From assembly GCA_050951325.1 (NCBI GenBank), contig JBMNIW010000007.1, positions 1 to 64,000 on the forward strand: a stretch of DNA of 64,000 bases, given 5' to 3'. The first letter of the stretch is position 1; each line of letters starts with the position of its first letter. The notes beneath the pieces were generated by a model. The model ran no database searches. It was not told where the DNA came from and saw only the letters and a list, made by a program, of their open reading frames with translations. The position numbers were made by a program, and so were the translations under genes. Origin of the DNA: Clostridia bacterium (GTDB lineage: Bacteria > Bacillota > Clostridia > UBA1212 > DUPL01). Below, in pieces: positions 29,486 to 36,912 of the stretch.

Positions 29486-30149
29486 AGTTGTCAGCTAATT
29501 TTTCAATGTCCACAACTTTTATAGTTCTTCCGGAAACTTCAATCAGATTGTCCCTATGCATGTTTATGAGTTCCCTGGACAAGCTCGGCCTTTTGACATT
29601 CAAATAATTGGCAAGGTCTTCACGGCTCATATTCAGCTTCACAAACCCCTGCCTGTCCATGTTCATCAGAATGTATTTCGTAAGTTTCTGCCTCAAGCTC
29701 GTGCTGGACAAAAGCTGATTTTTCTTGGTCAAATAATACGCTTTGGAGGCAAGAATGCCCAACATGTTTGAGATGAGTTTTGAATGATATGAGCAGCACT
29801 TCTCACATTTCTGGTAAAAAAACACCTTGGGAATCTCAAGAACAACACTCTTTTTAAGGACCAAGGCGTAGTAATCGTACTGATTGTTTTCAATAAACAT
29901 ATATACCTCTCCAAAAATCTCACCCTTTTTATCCAGCACGGTCAAAATGGATTTGTCTCCCGACAACGAATCCATGCAAAGACCAACCATGCCATCAAGA
30001 AGTATATACAGTTTGTCCGGCTTCGTATCATGGTCGAATATTATCTCATTTTTCTCATAAGTCCTCTTGCGAGCACCGGAGCATCTCAAGCAGGAGAGAA
30101 CTTCCTCGTCTGTCAAATTCGTAAACAATGGGCTGTCAATTCTTATCAT
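29481..30149 (-). CDS. Crp/Fnr-family regulator (HcpR-like)
   Basis: GEIFGE cNMP-binding fold; SREDLANYLNVKRPSLSREL HTH; adjacent to hcp. Confidence 0.9.
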   Translation of the reverse strand: MIRIDSPLFTNLTDEEVLSCLRCSGARKRTYEKNEIIFDHDTKPDKLYILLDGMVGLCMDSLSGDKSILTVLDKKGEIFGEVYMFIENNQYDYYALVLKKSVVLEIPKVFFYQKCEKCCSYHSKLISNMLGILASKAYYLTKKNQLLSSTSLRQKLTKYILMNMDRQGFVKLNMSREDLANYLNVKRPSLSRELINMHRDNLIEVSGRTIKVVDIEKLADNL

Positions 30150-30297
30150 ATTATCCTCTTTCACTGATAAAATATCTGGTATAATTATAACATAAGTTTT
30201 AAGTTTTAGTTAAGTTTCCCCAAGCCAGTTGTCTGAAGCGAGCTTAACATATATAATATTAAATCATATTGTTGTCAAATATATTAGGAGGAAATGA

Positions 30298-31257
30298 ATG
30301 AGTAAAAAAGTCATTATACCATTTATAGTATTGGCCGTAGTAGTTGCTGCAATATCCCTCCATATTATAGGAAAAACATATTACGAACTGGGGTTTGTTT
30401 TAACAAAATCCACACCAAGTGCTACCAATCCCCCTGTAATGAACAGAACACCAAAGAATAAAAATACACCAAAGAAAACCCCAAGTCCGCCGTTGGATGC
30501 GACTCCAAAGCCAACGGAAACAGTACCAAATACAACAACGGTGCCACCTTTTTCCGAAATTGACCTTGCCCTTGCCAATTCACTGTCAACAAGAAGCCAA
30601 CATGGGGCAACCAGCAACGAGCAAAGAAACCTTATAGAAAAATACGGAGGATACTACAAAAAGGATCAAGGATTAAAAAGAATTTACCTTGCATACAACC
30701 TGGGTACCGAATACGGACATACCCACGCCCTTCTTGACAAACTGAAGGAAAAGAACGTAAAAGCAACCTTCTTCGTCCTTGGAGCATACGTAAAGGAGCC
30801 AAACAGATCCATCTTGGAAAGAATTCTTGAGGAGGGACATGTACTAGGCAGCCATGGGTATTCCCATGCGAACCAGACAAACACCAATGAATGGACCGTT
30901 GAAAAGCTTGTTAAAGACTTCGAGAACATGGACAGAAGAGTAAAGGATCTGCTGGGAGAGGATGTCAACATATATTATTACAGGCCTCCTTTCGGCTACT
31001 ACAATGAAAGAATGTTGTATATAGCTAGGCAAAGAGGCATGACCCCGGTATTCTGGTCCTTTTCTTATGCGGATTGGGGAACAGAGGATACCGAGGACAT
31101 AAACGAAATCTATGAGCTCTACATGAAAAACCTACAAGACGGAATGATAACCCAGTTCCATATTTCAAATACAGACAACATTAAAGTACTTGACAAGTTC
31201 ATAGACAAAGCCAGGGAAATGGGATATGAATTCTACAGCCTGGATGAACGCAGATAA
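30298..31257 (+). CDS. membrane-anchored CE4 polysaccharide deacetylase-like protein (PdaA-like, degenerate motif 1)
   Basis: N-terminal TM, Pro/Thr linker, KATFFV, GSHGYSH, RPPFG, ADW. Confidence 0.8.
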   Translation: MSKKVIIPFIVLAVVVAAISLHIIGKTYYELGFVLTKSTPSATNPPVMNRTPKNKNTPKKTPSPPLDATPKPTETVPNTTTVPPFSEIDLALANSLSTRSQHGATSNEQRNLIEKYGGYYKKDQGLKRIYLAYNLGTEYGHTHALLDKLKEKNVKATFFVLGAYVKEPNRSILERILEEGHVLGSHGYSHANQTNTNEWTVEKLVKDFENMDRRVKDLLGEDVNIYYYRPPFGYYNERMLYIARQRGMTPVFWSFSYADWGTEDTEDINEIYELYMKNLQDGMITQFHISNTDNIKVLDKFIDKAREMGYEFYSLDERR

Positions 31258-31258
31258 A

Positions 31259-32662
31259 CTAAAGCATTTTATCAAGACTTACAAAGGCATCACTTTGGGT
31301 TGGGCAGTTAACGTAGTTTACGAATAAAACCTCATTGATGCCTTTCTGTTTTATAAACTCCAAAACACCACTCAAGTATTTCTCTGCCCTGATATCAATT
31401 ACATATACATCCTCATAGTGGGATAATAAGAACGGAACCAAGGAGTTGCCGTAGGAATCCTTGAACACAACTATCCTTTTATTGTTGTCAACTCCTGTTT
31501 TAAAATGCGTCAAAGGATTGTCGCCATTCATAAACACCATATACTTGGCAGGATAGTCCTTCATTTCATTCGGTGTTCTCACCGCCTTAACAGCAAACGA
31601 ATTCTTCAGATTCATCGATATATCGTAATACGCTCTGCCTTCATTGTTCGCAAGAGGATAGAAAAGCTCTAAATAGTCAGGATTTCTTCTAAACCTGTCA
31701 TCAGGAATATACTTAAAGTATGAGCCAAGAAAATTCGGCACCGTATCCTTTTTGTATTCATTCATCTTCCTTGCCTTGATATTTGCAGCTTTACAAAACT
31801 CCTCATAGGCGTAATACGCACCTCTTTGAGTCCAATGGTGGTCAGTCCTAAAGTAAATGTACTCATTCTTCTTACTCATCATTTTGTCATACACATTCAC
31901 CTGATTAATTCGCTTGTCCATGTTTGAAAAAAGATAATCAATCGCTTCCTTTGATGAATGCCCATACCCTTTATACTTCTCAGGAGTATAAAGTTCTACG
32001 GAAGAAGGCGTCAGAAGCGCATATATCTTTGCATTTGGAAGTTCATCTGCAACTCTTTTTAATACGTTGAAATAGCTTTCGGCCCTTTGTTTTGAATACC
32101 AGTAAACTTCAAGAATCCTGTCTCCTATCCTAAGAAACTTCTGGTTGTACTCATAACTGATATCCGTTGTAGGAGCTGGAGTTGGAACTGGAGTTTTTGT
32201 TGGTGCTGGTGTAGTTGTTGGTGTTTGCTCGCCGGGCGTAGCCTGAGGACTGCCAGGTGTCATTGTTGGCTCCACAGTTGGTTCCGGACTAGGGGTGGGC
32301 TCAATTGGTTCAAACCCGCTGGGAGGATTAAAAATATTTGTGTTTTCATCATAATCTGCCCCTTCCCCGCCTTCAACCAAGGACACGTCATCCTCGCCTT
32401 TCCTGGCCATTAGAGTTGTGAATTTAAAGCTTGTGTCCATGAAGAAATCCCTAAAAGGAAACTGATCCTGAAAGTACTCCTCAAATTCCTTTGCAAAACT
32501 TCCGTCCAGCAAAGACTTGACAGTCAGTTTTGGCCTTTGTGCAAGGGTCCTGTTTTCCTTGTATGATGCTTCTCTGTCACTGTCCGTCAAACTAACAATC
32601 ATTAATGAAAAGATAAATACTTCAAACAATACAGTAATGGATAGTGCGTGTCTTCTTGTCAT
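31259..32662 (-). CDS. DHHW-family (AlgX/AlgJ-like SGNH) O-acetylation protein
   Basis: ENRTLAQRP, DQFPFRD, FRTDHHWT, KDSYGN; AGGAGG RBS. Confidence 0.88.
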   Translation of the reverse strand: MTRRHALSITVLFEVFIFSLMIVSLTDSDREASYKENRTLAQRPKLTVKSLLDGSFAKEFEEYFQDQFPFRDFFMDTSFKFTTLMARKGEDDVSLVEGGEGADYDENTNIFNPPSGFEPIEPTPSPEPTVEPTMTPGSPQATPGEQTPTTTPAPTKTPVPTPAPTTDISYEYNQKFLRIGDRILEVYWYSKQRAESYFNVLKRVADELPNAKIYALLTPSSVELYTPEKYKGYGHSSKEAIDYLFSNMDKRINQVNVYDKMMSKKNEYIYFRTDHHWTQRGAYYAYEEFCKAANIKARKMNEYKKDTVPNFLGSYFKYIPDDRFRRNPDYLELFYPLANNEGRAYYDISMNLKNSFAVKAVRTPNEMKDYPAKYMVFMNGDNPLTHFKTGVDNNKRIVVFKDSYGNSLVPFLLSHYEDVYVIDIRAEKYLSGVLEFIKQKGINEVLFVNYVNCPTQSDAFVSLDKML

Positions 32663-32672
32663 GCAAGTCCTC

Positions 32673-33583
32673 CTAGAATCTGAAATACAGGAATGGATTG
32701 TAGCTCTTTGCCACCAACATTGCGCTGCTTGTAAATAAAACAAGCAGAACAAAGATGCATGTGGCGATAAATGCAAATTCCATCTTCACCCTGCCACTGT
32801 TGTACATGTTGTTAAGTCCCCTTTTGACAACTCTTGCTATAGGCATACAGCCAACGGAAGCAGCCATTAGCAAATAGAAGTATTCATTAATAGTCAGGTT
32901 GATAAACAAGTCATTAACAGGTCTGTCTGAAAAACCAAACAAAACTTTAAACATGTAAGTCAGTGAAGCAGTATCAGTGTAGTAGAAGATGACCCAGCCC
33001 ATCAATACAACAAAGGATGTAAAAATCCATCCGATTATTTTCACTCTTTTCTGCGGTCAATCTGCTCTGCAACATGCGAATACGTTACAATAGGTCCTGC
33101 CACAAGCTGAGGGAACATGGAAATGTATAAAAGAAACTTTGAAAAAGACTTTTGCACCCGTACCTCATGTCTGTACACGTCAATTACATAGGTCAGTGCC
33201 TGGAATGTATAGAATGAGATTCCAAGCGGAAGTGCAATTTCCCAAAGTGGAAACTGGGTCTTCAGTACATAGTTTATGTTCCCTACGAGGAAGGCCCAAT
33301 ATTTGAAGAATGCAAGCATTCCAAGAACAACACTGGTAGATATTGTTAAGTATATCCTTCTCTTTCTTGTATTTTGGGTTGCATGCATAAAAAGACCTGC
33401 CAGATAGCATACAAAAGAGCAGATCAGAATAAGGATAAGCAGTTTTGGTTCTCCCCATGAGTAGAAAACAAGGGAGAAAAGGAGCAAAACCGCATTTCTC
33501 CACTTGATATTGCTTGATAAAAAGTATATAAGCAAAAACAAAGGAAGGTACAGATATACAAAATGTAGACTTGCAAATATCAA
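32673..33583 (-). pseudogene. MBOAT (AlgI/DltB/PatA-like) O-acyltransferase with internal deletion and frameshift
   Basis: N-terminal part (LPLGISFYTFQ, FPQLVAGPI) stops at 33041; C-terminal part (GWVIF, SYNPFLYFRF) is in another frame; central FWRRWH/LWHG segment absent. Confidence 0.85.
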
Positions 33584-33597
33584 AATTATACCCCGTT

Positions 33598-34599
33598 TCA
33601 GACAAATGTCATGTAGTCCTTATAGTTCTCCTTTAAAAGATTTGGCGTATCAAGTCCATATGGGCATCTTTCCTTGCAGCTGTTGCATTCGGTACAGTCT
33701 TCAATTGCCTTCATTTTGTCAATCCAGTCTTTTGACATATATACTGTAGTCGGTGCCCTTCTTATCATAAGCGACATTCGTGCACAGTTTGGAATATCAA
33801 TATTCGAAGGGCAAGGGAGGCAGTATCCGCAGCCTCTGCAGAAATTGCCTGTTAATATATCCCTGTCCTTCTCAATGATGTGCGTGTATTCCTCATACTT
33901 GGGAGGTTGGTCGATATATGAAACAAACTCTTCAAGTTCTTCAAGCTTTTGTATACCCCAGATGGGTAAAACATCATACTGCATCATGAAGGCAAAGGCC
34001 GCAGCACTGTTTTGTATAAGGCCTCCTGCAAGAGCTTTCATGGCAATAAATCCCATATTGTTGTCAATACATTCGTTAACCAGTTCCATCTCACTGTCAC
34101 TGGCAAGGTAGCTGAAAGGAAACTGCAATGTGTCATACAGGTTTGATTCAATCGCCTCTTTGGCAACCTTAATCCTGTGATTTGTAATACCTATATGCCT
34201 GATATACCCTTTTTCTTTTGCCTTCAGCATCTCCTCATACAAACCTGTTCCATCGTCAGGTTTTGGGCAAAAAGGAGGATTGTGAAACTGATACAAGTCA
34301 ACATAGTCTGTTTTGAGTTCCCTTAAGGTCGTCTCCAGGTCCTTTTGAAACTCCTCTTTTGTTTTGGCCATTGTTTTGGAAGCTATGGTAATATTATGCC
34401 TCACATTGCCAAGAGCAATACCTATCTTTTCTTCACTGTCTGTATAGAATCTTGCAGTATCATAAAATGTAATGCCGCTTTCATAAGCTCTAAGTAATAT
34501 CTTAGTAGATTCCTCTACACCAATTCTTTGTATGGGCAGAGCGCCAAATCCGTTTTTTATTGTTTCAATACCTGTTTTCCCTAAAATCATAACTACCAC
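33598..34599 (-). CDS. aldo/keto reductase with C-terminal 4Fe-4S dicluster
   Basis: GFGALPIQR, YDTARFY, CRGCGYCLPCP, CTECNSCKERCP. Confidence 0.9.
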   Translation of the reverse strand: MVVMILGKTGIETIKNGFGALPIQRIGVEESTKILLRAYESGITFYDTARFYTDSEEKIGIALGNVRHNITIASKTMAKTKEEFQKDLETTLRELKTDYVDLYQFHNPPFCPKPDDGTGLYEEMLKAKEKGYIRHIGITNHRIKVAKEAIESNLYDTLQFPFSYLASDSEMELVNECIDNNMGFIAMKALAGGLIQNSAAAFAFMMQYDVLPIWGIQKLEELEEFVSYIDQPPKYEEYTHIIEKDRDILTGNFCRGCGYCLPCPSNIDIPNCARMSLMIRRAPTTVYMSKDWIDKMKAIEDCTECNSCKERCPYGLDTPNLLKENYKDYMTFV

Positions 34600-34641
34600 C
34601 TTTACATATATTCGTATAAATTTTCAAAAATATTAGGATAC

Positions 34642-34683
34642 CTAAAACACCTCCGTATCATATAATATACGGAGGTGTTTTAG
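34642..34683. repeat. 17-bp perfect inverted repeat enclosing a -10 box and containing the RBS of a small ORF
   Basis: ctaaaacacctccgtat-catataat-atacggaggtgttttag. Confidence 0.85.
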
Positions 34684-34845
34684 TTGAATAAAAATGATTT
34701 CCCGCTATTTATATCCGCTGTTATTACCAAGATAGCACATGATCTAACAGACGAGCAGATACTAATACTGTTATCCGCCCTGCATTATTCCATTGACACC
34801 CTCAAGACAATACTTGAAATGAGGAAGTTTGAAGAGCTGCTATAA
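34684..34845 (+). CDS. 53-aa small helical protein (DUF6774-like), not in the ORF track
   Basis: TTG start after GGAGGTG; MNKNDFPLFISAVITKIAHDLTDEQILILLSALHYSIDTLKTILEMRKFEELL*. Confidence 0.65.
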   Translation: MNKNDFPLFISAVITKIAHDLTDEQILILLSALHYSIDTLKTILEMRKFEELL

Positions 34846-36312
34846 TACTTCCACATCACACAGGTTGTAATAACCGTCATCCGTCATGCGTTCTTTACTC
34901 ATTCCAAAGAGTATGGGTCTGTCTTTCTCAAACAAACCTATCTGCAGCTTTGCTCTCTGTTTTGGCACATTTGCAAAGTCAAGTTTTATCTCCTCATAAA
35001 TGCAGTCTTCAAGGGAAGGAACATTAACAGGCTGCCATTTTGTTACGTCCACATCATCGCATGAAAACTCATAAGTGTTTCCATTCTCCATGTCAACAAG
35101 CCTAAACTTGAGCTCATACTTGTGATAACATCTGGAAAACCCTCTGTTTGATACGATTAGAGTAAATGTATTAACCTCACCTGCATTCAAATCAGGCAAT
35201 TTCAATCCTTCAATGAAGAACCAGTAGCCAAGCCTGTTGGCGCAATAATATGCCATGGATTTAAATGTATTTAAAAACTTCCTTGGATACCCGTGAAAAC
35301 CGGCATACGTTGCCCTTCCCCTCATCAAAGCAGCCAAAGCGGCATATCCGTCCCTGAAAAGTGGCGGATCAAACTCAGGAGACATGTAGTGGCTAAAATG
35401 GGCAAACTCAACATCTACGGGCCCAATTTTGCTGAAGGCGTCATACAGCGAAGGAGACCTTAAAGAGTCGTATCCATACCATTCACAGTATCCGTCCACA
35501 CAAATAGAGTCGTCCCTTAAACCCAAACCTTTGGAAAGGGCATAATCAATAATTGCCTGGTTCTCTCCTGGATTGGGTTCTTCCCTCTGGCAGACATAGT
35601 CATCGTTAAGAAGAATAAATTTATCGGGAAAATTATCTACATGAAGATCAATATGTTTTATCATGGTATCAAAAGAGAACACCTTTCCGCTTCCCTCGCA
35701 GGTGTGCCCCTCTCCCCAGGTTCCAAAGGTGCCTACGTCTACAAATTCAATCAAAGGATCGTTGTTGAACTTTCTTCCGCACTCCTGCATGAACCTGGAA
35801 AGATACTCAAGATAGATTTCATCGCCGTAATCCGGCTCAATCCTTCCATTAATATCCGTAAATTTTGCGCCTTTGTCAAAAACCCACTTGGGAGTTGCAT
35901 ACTTCAAAACACCTTCATGCGTACCTTCAAAAGTGCAGATTCTTAAAGAAAACATGTATCCTTTTTTGCCCCATACATCCATTATCTTGTCTATGTACGT
36001 CCAGTCATACACGCCTTCTTTCTTCTCAATATCTCCCCAGTCAAATCTTAAATACAGATGGTTGAGCAGAGGAAAGTCCTCAAGAAAATCGTTAATTACC
36101 AAATCGTAATCCCCATCTTCCTTGTATACAATTTTCTCATACCTGTCCCTGTATGCACCTCTTCCATAACCATTGTCTATGTAGTGCCAGTACCATCCCT
36201 TATGGGGATTCTTAAGAACCGTCTTGTCGTCCTGCCAGTCTCTCAGGTCAACAAATCTGCCCAATCCTTTTGGGTCTTCTTTGTAATAAAAGGGTCTGTT
36301 AAGTTTACTCAT
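34840..36312 (-). CDS. DUF4832-type putative glycoside hydrolase (TIM barrel)
   Basis: NPHKGWY, YLRFDWGDIE, FGTWGEGH, RLGYWF; no signal peptide. Confidence 0.7.
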   Translation of the reverse strand: MSKLNRPFYYKEDPKGLGRFVDLRDWQDDKTVLKNPHKGWYWHYIDNGYGRGAYRDRYEKIVYKEDGDYDLVINDFLEDFPLLNHLYLRFDWGDIEKKEGVYDWTYIDKIMDVWGKKGYMFSLRICTFEGTHEGVLKYATPKWVFDKGAKFTDINGRIEPDYGDEIYLEYLSRFMQECGRKFNNDPLIEFVDVGTFGTWGEGHTCEGSGKVFSFDTMIKHIDLHVDNFPDKFILLNDDYVCQREEPNPGENQAIIDYALSKGLGLRDDSICVDGYCEWYGYDSLRSPSLYDAFSKIGPVDVEFAHFSHYMSPEFDPPLFRDGYAALAALMRGRATYAGFHGYPRKFLNTFKSMAYYCANRLGYWFFIEGLKLPDLNAGEVNTFTLIVSNRGFSRCYHKYELKFRLVDMENGNTYEFSCDDVDVTKWQPVNVPSLEDCIYEEIKLDFANVPKQRAKLQIGLFEKDRPILFGMSKERMTDDGYYNLCDVEVL

Positions 36313-36330
36313 AAATATCACCTTCAAAAA

Positions 36331-36819
36331 TTAATATCCGAACACGCCCAGCAGGGACTCGTCGTTTTTAATCCATTCTGAAACCTCAATACATCTATAC
36401 TCGTCCTTTGTATCCCTTATGTACACTTTGTCAATGCCTGCATTAATAATCATTCTCTTGCACATTGAACAGCAGCAGGCATTCTGTACATACTCTCCAC
36501 TCTTAACCTCAATTCCGGTCAAATACATGGAACTGCCAATCATCTCATTCCTCGAGGCACTTATAATGGCATTGGCTTCTGCATGAACGCTTCTGCAGAG
36601 CTCATAACGCTCTCCCCTTGGCACATTCATTTCTTCCCTAATGCATCTGCCAATATCGCAGCAGTTTATCCGTCCTCTAGGGGCACCCACGTAACCTGTG
36701 GAAATGACCTCGTCATTCTTTACAATGACCGCACCATATTTTCTCCTTAAACATGTACTTCTGTTTGATACAACTTCAGCTAAATCCAAATAGTAGTTAA
36801 CTTTGTCTCTTCTTTTCAT
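36331..36819 (-). CDS. dCMP deaminase family (ComEB-like)
   Basis: RSTCLRR, GAVIV, HAEANA, CSMC zinc motifs. Confidence 0.9.
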   Translation of the reverse strand: MKRRDKVNYYLDLAEVVSNRSTCLRRKYGAVIVKNDEVISTGYVGAPRGRINCCDIGRCIREEMNVPRGERYELCRSVHAEANAIISASRNEMIGSSMYLTGIEVKSGEYVQNACCCSMCKRMIINAGIDKVYIRDTKDEYRCIEVSEWIKNDESLLGVFGY

Positions 36820-36912
36820 ATGATCACCTGGAGACAAGTATAACAGAAATATGTTTTATTGTCGATAATATGTGATATAATTGGAAGTGACTATTCTAAA
36901 GAGGTGAATACA

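Noticed and set aside
32160-32300. Tandem-looking DNA repeats (also ~30410-30545 and ~58335-58385)
   Set aside because: They encode ordinary Pro/Thr linkers, not CRISPR or mobile repeats
36331-36819. dCMP deaminase as an anti-phage nucleotide-depletion system
   Set aside because: Short stand-alone ComEB-like protein with no kinase fusion and no defence genes nearby
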